From: a bacterium
Lineage (GTDB): Bacteria > Patescibacteriota > Minisyncoccia > Phycocordibacterales > UBA9973
Length of the DNA: 40,007 nt
Assembly: GCA_037130655.1 (NCBI GenBank)
Contig: JBAXSP010000005.1
Location: 1-40,007 of the forward strand
Reading direction: 5' to 3'
The notes under the pieces: model-generated
The model's database searches: none
The model's input: only the letters and a program-made list of their open reading frames with translations
What the model was told of the DNA's origin: nothing
Made by a program: the position numbers and the translations under genes
In this document: in pieces, positions 9,601 to 17,124 of the stretch
How positions within the stretch are numbered: position 1 is the first letter of the stretch
Layout of the letters: every line of letters starts with the position of its first letter

Positions 9601-9875
9601 TTATTAGAATTAAGGTTATAGACCATGACACGTCGTTGAGATGAGTCTGCAACAAAAAGCTTGTGGAGTGTTGTATCAAGCCATATCCCTTGCGGACTTT
9701 GCATCGAACGGTCTGAAGTATACGTATTGTTGGCAATCGTTGCACCAGCCACAGGATTTCCATTTACATCAGTTTGTCCAAACGTATACGAACTTGTTTG
9801 AAGTGCAAAAGCACTTGAAAAAGAGAGACAGAAAACTATTATTGAAATGGTTAAAATTGTTTTTCTGAAAGACAT
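6699..9875 (-). CDS. Secreted NHL-repeat beta-propeller protein with Ig-like and peptidoglycan-binding domains (start trimmed to MSFRK)
   Basis: Signal peptide MSFRKTILTISIIVFCLSFSSAFA; 12 repeats with VAD..N.RV and LGQ motifs; GSLPTGISISG..GTPT Ig-like unit; GTDVACMQKILGIKADGVFG PG-binding pattern. Confidence 0.85.
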   Translation of the reverse strand: MSFRKTILTISIIVFCLSFSSAFALQTSSYTFGQTDVNGNPVAGATIANNTYTSDRSMQSPQGIWLDTTLHKLFVADSSQRRVMVYNLNSNNTPVDRIADNVLGQPSFRGSTAIATQSTTILPTSVLYVPSLDMLFVGDFSGNRVLVYANIASGGITDGMNATYVLGQTSFTTSTAGSTASTMSGPSALAYDTTTKTLFVADYTNGRLMGFDLSSGVVSTGMSASYVLGQTSLGTPTTSTCSSTLSRNLIGVAVDVSGRRVFASDPTCHRVVGWDISGGLSSSGITATIVLGQPNLTTSTTNTAAGFANGTCNSGTTNGCGMSAPRQLTYDATNNRLFVNDLSDNRTVVYTSFTNGVIAANAFGQTLLTTSSAAANSNGTGLGGPISSAYDETNGYLYILNFTYHRITFYDISGGITSNNMAATNLLGQLDSSDLPVYNQTASQSATVRANGMNTPIGAVIDTDHHYMFVSDANNNRVLVYTLTNDNVPSSVVPTYYLGQATSTGSSAGSCNAAGLSTPLGLDYDSVHKRLFVADFAHKRVMVYDLSAGVTGNNMSATYALGKADLTTTCSTATVSSTNLVGPTAVAYNSVTDKLYVADYGANRVVVYNLSSMASGLTAENVLGQCDFTSSSTNITLSGSCTGSGMNTPYGIAVDPTNSRLIVSDSGNNRVLVYSTTSISNGASATILGQLSTTTNTAGTTASTMSTPRGLAWNQADKLLYVAENVNNRVLVFDFSAGVSNFASAFAVLGQDSFTTSTALPSQNGMYGPSHIYFDAINRRLYVVQTSSNRVDSFDILNFSRTQPSGTRGTAYNTAISSLSSLSSPAFFLVSGSLPTGISISGSNFVGTPTVSTTYSFVLRGQTFLSDPSIYTFTIDDPATTTTTTTRHNNISIVRAVPMVGSGNSLVPSPSITTNTNTVFNNGVNITGYALATKSDFSNSPGIVPFSFVTQKNLTIPRKSVVQYIKFYSSTGDSTQSVIVPALEQGTVKSCVYTRTLSVGKRGTDVACMQKILGIKADGVFGKQTTTIVKNKQQLFKLKQNGIIDKIFWDKLLNEDVN

Positions 9876-9920
9876 AATAATATTAAAGACTACTATTACT
9901 ATTATTGTAACATACTTACC

Positions 9921-9957
9921 CATCAAAAAATCCACATTACTGCGGATTTTTTTGATG
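9921..9957 (-). terminator. Terminator hairpin after rplE
   Basis: Minus strand CATCAAAAAAATCCGCA-GTAA-TGTGGATTTTTTGATG (GNRA loop). Confidence 0.75.
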
Positions 9958-9965
9958 TATTTAGT

Positions 9966-10505
9966 CTATTTCTTGAACGGAATTCCGATGTGATCGAAAA
10001 ATGCTTTTGCTTCTTTTTTGTTCTTTGCTGTCGTTACGATAGTTAGTCCAAAACCGAATACATCTTTCAATTCTTCATCAGCACATTCAGGGAAAATAGT
10101 ATGTTCCTTGATACCGAGTGTAAGGTTTCCAATGTCATCGATTGCTTTTGCATCGAAACCACGGAAGTCTTTCATACGAGGCACTGCAACGTTGATGAAT
10201 TTATCGAGGAAAGAATTCATTCTTTCTCCGCGGATAGTTACCGCAACACCAACTGGGTCATTTGTTCGGATCTTGAACGAAGCGATTGATTGCTTTGCTC
10301 CACGAACAGTTGGACGTTGTCCAGTGATTTTTGATAGACGGTCAACGATACGATCGTTTACTGTTCTATCTTTTTTCATCGCAGTACCAGTTCCTGATGC
10401 AAGGATTACTTTCACCAATTTTGGTGCAGAGAGTTTGTTTTTGTAACCAAATTCCCCTTTCATCAAGTCGTACGCTTTATCTGCTTTTTGTTTTACTGTT
10501 TCCAT
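9966..10505 (-). CDS. rplE: 50S ribosomal protein L5
   Basis: ITGQRP, PRMKDFRGF and FPE motifs. Confidence 0.98.
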   Translation of the reverse strand: METVKQKADKAYDLMKGEFGYKNKLSAPKLVKVILASGTGTAMKKDRTVNDRIVDRLSKITGQRPTVRGAKQSIASFKIRTNDPVGVAVTIRGERMNSFLDKFINVAVPRMKDFRGFDAKAIDDIGNLTLGIKEHTIFPECADEELKDVFGFGLTIVTTAKNKKEAKAFFDHIGIPFKK

Positions 10506-10516
10506 ATTGTGTAAAA

Positions 10517-10816
10517 TTAAATTTCTTGTCCGCTCTTCTTTGCGATACGAACACTTTTACCTGCGACCTGTTTGTACCCAACACGAGTTTGCTTGCCTCC
10601 TTTTGGATCAGCAATCATTACGTTTGAAATGTGTACCGGAAGATTCTTTTCGATGATTTGACCTACTTCCCCGCGTCCAGTTGGTTTCTTGTGTTTCTTA
10701 ACTGCGTTCACGCCTTCAAGAATTACTTTTGTTCCTGCAACCACTTTCAACACGGTAGTTTTCTTACCTTTGTCTTTACCTGCTATTACTATTACTTTGT
10801 CGCCTTTTTTAATCAT
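10517..10816 (-). CDS. rplX: 50S ribosomal protein L24
   Basis: KGDKVIVIAGKDKGK (KOW) and PVHISNV motifs. Confidence 0.98.
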   Translation of the reverse strand: MIKKGDKVIVIAGKDKGKKTTVLKVVAGTKVILEGVNAVKKHKKPTGRGEVGQIIEKNLPVHISNVMIADPKGGKQTRVGYKQVAGKSVRIAKKSGQEI

Positions 10817-10839
10817 ATATAAAATATTACGCCGGAAGC

Positions 10840-11211
10840 CTAGATGACTTCTGGAGCAAGAGAGATAATTTTTTGATATCCTCGTTCTTGCAATTCACGT
10901 GGAATTGGACCGAAGACGCGACCTCCTTTTGGTTCACCTTTTGTTTTGTCGATAATAACAACTGCATTTTCATCAAAACGAATGTATGAACCGTCTTTAC
11001 GACGAAACGCATTTCGTTGACGTACGACAACTGCCTGACAAACATCCTTTTTCTTGATTTGCTTGCGAGGTTCAGCAACTTTGATAGAGATAACAACTTT
11101 ATCTCCTAGTTGCGCATAGCGACGTTTTGAAGATCCAAGAATCTTGAAAACCTTACCGATTTTACCACCAGTGTTGTCTGCTATTTTTACGACTGTTTCT
11201 GTTTGAATCAT
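10840..11211 (-). CDS. rplN: 50S ribosomal protein L14
   Basis: MIQ..ADNTG, FDENAVVII, GRVFGPIPREL and SLAPEVI motifs. Confidence 0.99.
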   Translation of the reverse strand: MIQTETVVKIADNTGGKIGKVFKILGSSKRRYAQLGDKVVISIKVAEPRKQIKKKDVCQAVVVRQRNAFRRKDGSYIRFDENAVVIIDKTKGEPKGGRVFGPIPRELQERGYQKIISLAPEVI

Positions 11212-11229
11212 ATAACGAAAATTAGTTAA

Positions 11230-11472
11230 TTATTGAACGACCTTAAAATGTTTGTCTTTTGAAAGTGGACGAGTACTTTCGATTTTTACTTTCTCCCCTG
11301 CTTTTGCAGTATTACTCTCGTCATGAGCTTTGTATTTCTTAGTGATTTGATAGTATTTCTTGTACTTCGGGTGTTTCTTGAATGTACTTACTGCGACTAC
11401 GACTGTCTTATCCATTTTGTCAGATACGACTGTACCACTCAATATTTTCTTTTTTGTTGTTTCTGTTTTCAT
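11230..11472 (-). CDS. rpsQ: 30S ribosomal protein S17
   Basis: [21 protein letters not shown] and TRPLSK motifs. Confidence 0.98.
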   Translation of the reverse strand: MKTETTKKKILSGTVVSDKMDKTVVVAVSTFKKHPKYKKYYQITKKYKAHDESNTAKAGEKVKIESTRPLSKDKHFKVVQ

Positions 11473-11483
11473 ATAAAATTATA

Positions 11484-11903
11484 TTATTGACGGGATACAA
11501 TGCGAGTCTTGATTGGCAATTTTGTTCCTGCCTTTCGAAGTGCTTCACGAGCAACTGCCTCTGATACACCATCAACTTCAAAAATAATACGACCTGGGAG
11601 CACTTCCATACAGTATCCTTGTGGATCACCTTTACCCTTACCCATACCTACTTCGGCTGGTTTTGCAGTAAATGGACGATCTGGGAATACACGAATCCAA
11701 ATACGAGCAACTTTTGTTGCAGTACGAGAAAGCACCTTACGAGCTGATTCGATTTGGTTTGATTTCACGCGAGCAGCAGATTCTGCTTTCAATGCATAAG
11801 AACCGAACGAGATTGTTGTACCTCGAGTATCAGGAGTTGCTGTTGCCATGTTTCGGCGTCCTGTTTGCCATTTTCTAAATTTTACTTTCTTTGGGAATAA
11901 CAT
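11484..11903 (-). CDS. rplP: 50S ribosomal protein L16
   Basis: MLFPKKVKFRK, IWIRVFPDRP and MGKGKG motifs. Confidence 0.99.
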   Translation of the reverse strand: MLFPKKVKFRKWQTGRRNMATATPDTRGTTISFGSYALKAESAARVKSNQIESARKVLSRTATKVARIWIRVFPDRPFTAKPAEVGMGKGKGDPQGYCMEVLPGRIIFEVDGVSEAVAREALRKAGTKLPIKTRIVSRQ

Positions 11904-11914
11904 ATCAATGATTC

Positions 11915-12592
11915 TTATTGTTTAGTGTTCTTATCTTTTTCAGAAAAGACTTCACCTCGATAAATCCAGACCTTTATACCAATGACACCGTATGACATAC
12001 GAGCACGTTCGCGCGCGAAGTCTACGTCTGCACGGATTGTTTGTAGTGGAATTGAACCACGTTTGATTTCTTCAGTACGAGCAATTTCTGCCCCACCAAG
12101 ACGTCCGCCCAAACGAATACGAGCTCCTTCTACTCCACGAGTAGCCATCACTTTTTCGATTGTTGATTTGAGGACACGGCGGAAAGGCAAACGCTTTTCA
12201 AGACCTTCAACGATCATGTATGCAACGAGTTTTGCATCTGCTTCAGGAGTTTCAACTTCGACAACATCGAGTTTGAAATCTGCAGGAAATACAATTCCCT
12301 TTTTACCAAGGAAAGACGCAATGTCTTTCTTCAATTTTTCGATACCTTCACCTGAACGTCCGATAAGCATACCAGGACGTGAAGTTTTGATGATCAAGCG
12401 AGTAGCTTTTTGATTGCGTTCAATTGCAACATCAGCGATGTAGTTTTGGCGCAAACGCTTATCAAGAAAACCACGAATAAGCACGTCTGTTTTCAAGAAG
12501 TCGCGGTATTTTTTGTCAGTTGCGAACCAGCGTGATTTCCAATCACGGAGAGTAACCAAACGGTGTGAAAATGGGTGTACAGTCTTAGACAT
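11915..12592 (-). CDS. rpsC: 30S ribosomal protein S3
   Basis: VHP, RPGMLIGRSG, GRLGGAEIAR and GVIGIKVWIY motifs. Confidence 0.99.
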   Translation of the reverse strand: MSKTVHPFSHRLVTLRDWKSRWFATDKKYRDFLKTDVLIRGFLDKRLRQNYIADVAIERNQKATRLIIKTSRPGMLIGRSGEGIEKLKKDIASFLGKKGIVFPADFKLDVVEVETPEADAKLVAYMIVEGLEKRLPFRRVLKSTIEKVMATRGVEGARIRLGGRLGGAEIARTEEIKRGSIPLQTIRADVDFARERARMSYGVIGIKVWIYRGEVFSEKDKNTKQ

Positions 12593-12594
12593 AA

Positions 12595-12975
12595 TTATTT
12601 GTTAGTTTTTTTAGTAGTTTTTGGTTTTGCACCTTTGACCTTTGATGAGTCCTTTACTCCCAATTCAATCACTACATTACTAGTGTGTTTGTGGATAGGA
12701 AAAGCTGAACCACGAGCACGTGGCATTGAACGCTTAAGAACAACCCCTTTATCAACCATTACGTTTGAAACATAAAGATCTTCTTTCTTTACATCAGTTT
12801 TTGCGAGTGCATTTGCAACTGCTGAATTCAAGAGTTTTTTGATTGGTAAAGACGCACGTTTTGCAAGGAAATCGAGTTCGATAACTGCATCTTGTACTTT
12901 TTTGCCTTTGATAAGTTGCGTAACGAGACGAACTTTACGTGGAGCTTGACGATAATTGTGTAGAATTGCTTTCAT
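12595..12975 (-). CDS. rplV: 50S ribosomal protein L22
   Basis: PRKVRLV, KLLNSAVANA and PRARG motifs. Confidence 0.98.
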   Translation of the reverse strand: MKAILHNYRQAPRKVRLVTQLIKGKKVQDAVIELDFLAKRASLPIKKLLNSAVANALAKTDVKKEDLYVSNVMVDKGVVLKRSMPRARGSAFPIHKHTSNVVIELGVKDSSKVKGAKPKTTKKTNK

Positions 12976-12986
12976 ATAAGTAAAAA

Positions 12987-13334
12987 TTATTTCTTCTTAG
13001 CGTCAGTAGAAGCTCCTTTCGCAGCTTTTGCAGCAGAAATTTCAGCTTCTTTCTTCTTCTGATCAAGTTCTTTTTGCATTTTACCTCCGTGGCGAGTAAA
13101 TTTCTTTGTTGGAGAAAATTCACCAAGTCTGTGTCCGACCATATCTTCAGTAACCAATACTTCGATGTGCTGGCGTCCGTTGTGAACACCAAAAACAAAC
13201 CCTACCATTTCAGGAGAGATTTGAGACGCACGTCTCCAAGTTTTAATAACCCCAGTTTCAATGGGTTTCTTCCCTTCTATCTTTGATAGAAGCTTTGCGT
13301 CAACATATGGACCTTTTTTGAGCGATCGTGTCAT
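12987..13334 (-). CDS. rpsS: 30S ribosomal protein S19 (start trimmed to MTRSLKKGP), with Lys/Ala-rich C-terminal tail
   Basis: [16 protein letters not shown] and [12 protein letters not shown] motifs. Confidence 0.98.
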   Translation of the reverse strand: MTRSLKKGPYVDAKLLSKIEGKKPIETGVIKTWRRASQISPEMVGFVFGVHNGRQHIEVLVTEDMVGHRLGEFSPTKKFTRHGGKMQKELDQKKKEAEISAAKAAKGASTDAKKK

Positions 13335-13540
13335 TTTGTTTGTTGTTTCAGGAAAAGAGAATAAAGACAAATGCCTCATTTATGTATGAATACATAACAC
13401 CGTTCTGTATTGTAGCCCTAAATTGGACTAACTAACGGGATCGAGGGAAAAGCTTAAGCTTGACCTTAGAAAATTTAATTAAAAATTGCTCTTAATTGAG
13501 CATTCCTTGAATACCTATACGGTTGTTCAAAGTCTCTGAC

Positions 13541-13569
13541 ATCTTAGCAGAATGATACCGATGAGTCAA
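13541..13569 (-). promoter_or_regulatory. Strong sigma70 promoter for rpsS-rplE
   Basis: Minus strand TTGACT-17 bp-TAAGAT with TG extended -10. Confidence 0.75.
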
Positions 13570-13580
13570 GAGCTTGCTCG

Positions 13581-13611
13581 AAAGGGGCGAAACCTCCGGT
13601 TTCGCCCCTTT
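13581..13611 (-). terminator. Perfect 14-bp triloop palindrome downstream of mutY
   Basis: AAAGGGGCGAAACC-TCC-GGTTTCGCCCCTTT; heptamers TAATTCN follow at about 13622-13650. Confidence 0.75.
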
Positions 13612-13635
13612 TTGACCATTTTAAATTCGTAATTC

Positions 13636-14427
13636 CTAATTCTTAATTTTAACGATTCCTTCTTTTACGAGCAATTCCAAGGCTTTTTTGTAGTCATTTT
13701 TGACTACTTTTTCCTGTAAACGGATCAATTTTTGGACATTTTTATATCCCCCGCTCGCATACGCTTTGACCAGTTGACCCCGGATCTGACGGAATGAACC
13801 TTCGAACTTGGATTGTTTCTGATAGGTCGTACTTTTGCGATGAGTTTTGATTCCCTGCCCTTTCAAATAAGTGCCGTAATCCATCATCGCCGAATAGAAT
13901 TTTCGGGGATTTTTGGTATCAACGATTTCCTTCAAAATAGTTTCGATTTCACTATCAGCTACATTTTCTTTGTTTTGTAAAAAATGATGAATGATGACCG
14001 TACGAACATTTGTTTCAATCACCAGCTCTGATTGATTGTATGCAAACACACAAATCGCACGGGCGGTGTATGGACCGATACCAGGCAAAGATATCAAGGA
14101 GTCACGACTTTTTGGAAAGATACCTTTGTAGGTTTTCTGTATTTCAATGCAGGCGCGCTGTGCAAACAGTGCGCGACGATTGTAGCCAAGTCCTTGCCAG
14201 TACTGCAAAATAGTTTGAGTGTTCGCACGAGCAAGCACTTTGGCCGTCGGAAACTTTTTCAAAAATGCTTCGTATTTCGGCACAACTCGTGGAGCTTGGG
14301 TTTGTTGGAGCATCAATTCGGAAATGAAAATACTGTACGGATCAGTCGTCTGTCGCCACGGCAAACTATGCCGGCCATTCTTTTTGTACCAATCGTACAG
14401 CATTTTTCTGAATTCCTTCCCTTCCAT
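13636..14427 (-). CDS. mutY: A/G-specific adenine glycosylase, HhH-GPD family, short form without Fe-S cluster
   Basis: WY...R.LPWR, SELMLQQTQ, WQGLGYNRRA and SLPGIGPYTA motifs; no CX6CX2CX5C; no C-terminal NUDIX-like domain. Confidence 0.88.
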   Translation of the reverse strand: MEGKEFRKMLYDWYKKNGRHSLPWRQTTDPYSIFISELMLQQTQAPRVVPKYEAFLKKFPTAKVLARANTQTILQYWQGLGYNRRALFAQRACIEIQKTYKGIFPKSRDSLISLPGIGPYTARAICVFAYNQSELVIETNVRTVIIHHFLQNKENVADSEIETILKEIVDTKNPRKFYSAMMDYGTYLKGQGIKTHRKSTTYQKQSKFEGSFRQIRGQLVKAYASGGYKNVQKLIRLQEKVVKNDYKKALELLVKEGIVKIKN

Positions 14428-14457
14428 ATCCGGACATTATACACAAAGACAAAATAA

Positions 14458-14488
14458 AAAGGGCAAACGACTTTGTCGTTTGCCCTTT
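14458..14488 (-). terminator. Perfect 14-bp triloop palindrome downstream of the helicase gene
   Basis: AAAGGGCAAACGAC-TTT-GTCGTTTGCCCTTT. Confidence 0.75.
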
Positions 14489-14529
14489 AGTGATCACTAA
14501 AGTTTTTAGTCTTTAGTTTGAGATTAACA

Positions 14530-16941
14530 TTACTTTTTACCAAAATGTTCTTTAATTTTTTGAACTAAATCTGGATGATAGTGTTCACGTAAACAACCTT
14601 TTACATAAAACTCGTTAAAGAATTCTATAGGAAATTCTGATTTACGTTTTTTGACAAAATTTATAATAGCATCAACACTAGCAATTTTCATTTGTTTCAG
14701 GCCAGTTGCCGTAAACCATCCGCTAGGAGCCAAAGATTTACCACCTAAATCTTTTCTAATTAGAGCAACTAAATCCGGGTGTAAAAACTCAGCAGGAGCA
14801 GTCATTGTGCGATAATTTACAAACCATTCAGGATGTTTTTCTCTATATTTACTAATATACCTTTTTATTGTTGCATCACTAGATATCTTTTCTTCAACAT
14901 ACAACTTATTTACAGTGGTCCAACCATCAGGAGGAAAATCTAGCGACTTAAAATTATCTACTATAATTTTAGCTAAATCTGGATGATAATATTCTCCAGT
15001 ACCAATTTTCCTGTATAATTCCTTGTGTTTTAAGATTTGAACATTAGCAAATGCTTTGATAGTATGACGAGAAACACCTTTTAACTTACTTTCTATAGCA
15101 CCAAAACTAATCCATCCATCCAAAATTTTATAATTTTTAGAAAATTCTACTATACGAAGACATAATTGAGGGTGAAAGTGTTCTGATGGTTTTCCATTTC
15201 CTTGTGGATGATAAATCCCAAACCATTCAGAATGATCCTTACGAAACTTTTCTACAAACTTATAAATTGTCTCACGTGCAAGTTTATTCTCCTCTGCTAA
15301 GAAAGAAGCATTTTTGTAACCTTCTGGAGGCAGACCGTAAACTAGAAATTTTTCCCTCAAAAGCTTAAGAAGTTTTGGATGGTAACATTTGGTAATTTTT
15401 ATACCTGTCGAATTCCAATAATTTTTAACCCAATCGGGCTGTTTTTTCTGAATTTCATTTACAAATTTCTCTACTAATTCTGGAGATGCTCGTAATTTTT
15501 TGTAGGTTTGTGAATGAGTTTGCCAACCTTTGGGTAATACTTCTTTTTTCAAAAATTTTAACCATCCAGGAAAATCAGAATAATAAGCACCTGGATTAAA
15601 AGGGAGTTTACGGTTTACTTGTTTGTGTCTTTTTTGATAATCTGCAACATCTACAATACCAGCATTTATACTGACTTCACTGGCTTCTTGCCATGTGTCA
15701 TAAAATTCATTACTAGAAACCATATACTCAAGAACAGACAAAACATTCACAATTTCAGAGCTAAAATCAAAACTAAAACCTTTTCCATCAACATGAAGTG
15801 GTGTGCCGAGAATTAATTGTTCATTTTGACTCATACCAACTGGATTAAATTCTTCAATTTCAGTAATCAATTTTTGAACATTCTTGACTCTTTCGATGTT
15901 TGCAACAAAATCAAGTACCGTTACTTTGAATTTACCTGCAACTTTACTCAATGCCCTACCAAGTTGTTGTAACCATATCCGATATGAATCAGTTGATCGC
16001 AAAAATGCGAGCACCTCAACATTTGGAACATGAATTCCTTCATTGAACTTGTCTACAACAAGCACATGACTTGCATCACCGTTCTCAAACGCATCCATAG
16101 CGTCTTCATTTTCTTTTGACGACTGTTCTGAGTGCAACCAAACACTGTTTGGAAGAATTTCTGCAAGATGACGAAGATGAGTAATATTACGACAGAAAAC
16201 TATCGCTTTTTCACCTCCACTCGTATGCTGTAAGATTTCCAAACATTGCTTTTCACTTCTTTTTTGAATAAAGATGCGTTCGTTAATCTGTTTTTCACTA
16301 ATTCGAGCTTTTTCAACAAATACTTCCTGACAAATTAACTCAAGTTCATCTTGATCAAGTCCATCAGTAACTATTTTGTATTCAAGCGGTGTAAGCCAGC
16401 CTTTTGCAAGAGCTTCTGGCAGTGAGTAGTTTACAACTTCTTTTCCGAACATATGACGAATATCTCTTTCGTCTTCGCGGTCAGGAGTTGCAGTCATTCC
16501 TAGTTTCCAGATTGGTTTGAAAAAATTTAAAACAATTTCATAGGTATCTGCTTTTGCATGATGACCTTCATCAACGATAATATAATCGAAATGTTTTGCC
16601 TTAAAAAATTCATGAGGTTTTGATTGAAAGGTAGCAAACACAAACGTGTGTTCGTCTGCATTCCAATTTTTATTCTCTCCAAAGAAACGTGCGTACGTAT
16701 ACTTGTCTCCTAGAAGCTCCTCATATTTCTTGAGAGAACGTTCTAATATACCAGTATCGTGACACAGAAATAAGATTCGTGCTTTGGGCTTTTTAGACAA
16801 AAAGTATTCAACTATTTTAGCTGATACGATTGTCTTACCAAGTCCTGTAGCCATAACCATCAAGGCTTTGGCTGTTTCAAGCAGTGCAGAAAGCACCTTT
16901 TTGTAGGCAATTTTCTGGTAATCGTATAGTTTTATATTCAT
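14530..16941 (-). CDS. SF2 DExH helicase (ResIII/SSL2-like) with C-terminal repeat domains
   Basis: ATGLGKT (I), DEGHH (II), TAT (III), FNEGIHVP (V) and QQLGR (VI); repeats from aa 413 to 803. Confidence 0.9.
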   Translation of the reverse strand: MNIKLYDYQKIAYKKVLSALLETAKALMVMATGLGKTIVSAKIVEYFLSKKPKARILFLCHDTGILERSLKKYEELLGDKYTYARFFGENKNWNADEHTFVFATFQSKPHEFFKAKHFDYIIVDEGHHAKADTYEIVLNFFKPIWKLGMTATPDREDERDIRHMFGKEVVNYSLPEALAKGWLTPLEYKIVTDGLDQDELELICQEVFVEKARISEKQINERIFIQKRSEKQCLEILQHTSGGEKAIVFCRNITHLRHLAEILPNSVWLHSEQSSKENEDAMDAFENGDASHVLVVDKFNEGIHVPNVEVLAFLRSTDSYRIWLQQLGRALSKVAGKFKVTVLDFVANIERVKNVQKLITEIEEFNPVGMSQNEQLILGTPLHVDGKGFSFDFSSEIVNVLSVLEYMVSSNEFYDTWQEASEVSINAGIVDVADYQKRHKQVNRKLPFNPGAYYSDFPGWLKFLKKEVLPKGWQTHSQTYKKLRASPELVEKFVNEIQKKQPDWVKNYWNSTGIKITKCYHPKLLKLLREKFLVYGLPPEGYKNASFLAEENKLARETIYKFVEKFRKDHSEWFGIYHPQGNGKPSEHFHPQLCLRIVEFSKNYKILDGWISFGAIESKLKGVSRHTIKAFANVQILKHKELYRKIGTGEYYHPDLAKIIVDNFKSLDFPPDGWTTVNKLYVEEKISSDATIKRYISKYREKHPEWFVNYRTMTAPAEFLHPDLVALIRKDLGGKSLAPSGWFTATGLKQMKIASVDAIINFVKKRKSEFPIEFFNEFYVKGCLREHYHPDLVQKIKEHFGKK

Positions 16942-16966
16942 TTTTTTATGTACATTGGTTGCACAA

Positions 16967-16995
16967 ATTATAAACTATATATAATATAAAGTCAA
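16967..16995 (-). promoter_or_regulatory. Near-consensus sigma70 promoter of the helicase gene
   Basis: Minus strand TTGACT-17 bp-TATAAT. Confidence 0.8.
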
Positions 16996-17041
16996 TACCT
17001 TGTTATTATCAAAATACATTGCAAAATATGGTGATTTTTGT

Positions 17042-17084
17042 AAAACAAAAGAGCGACGGGCAAAGCCCGTCGCTCTTTTGTTTT
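17042..17084 (-). terminator. Perfect 20-bp triloop palindrome downstream of rplB
   Basis: AAAACAAAAGAGCGACGGGC-AAA-GCCCGTCGCTCTTTTGTTTT. Confidence 0.8.
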
Positions 17085-17089
17085 GTCCT

Positions 17090-17124
17090 GCTAGTTGCTA
17101 GACGCTAGTAGCTAGGTGCTAAAT
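17090..17124. repeat. Five degenerate heptamers GCTAGNN abutting the rplB stop codon
   Basis: GCTAGTT GCTAGAC GCTAGTA GCTAGGT GCTAAAT. Confidence 0.9.

Noticed and set aside
11420-11629. 69-aa ORF as a candidate L29
   Set aside because: It overlaps rplP and rpsQ out of frame and has no L29-like pattern.
14530-16941. Type I/III restriction-modification system
   Set aside because: No methyltransferase, specificity subunit or recognisable PD-(D/E)xK/PLD nuclease motif in or near the gene.
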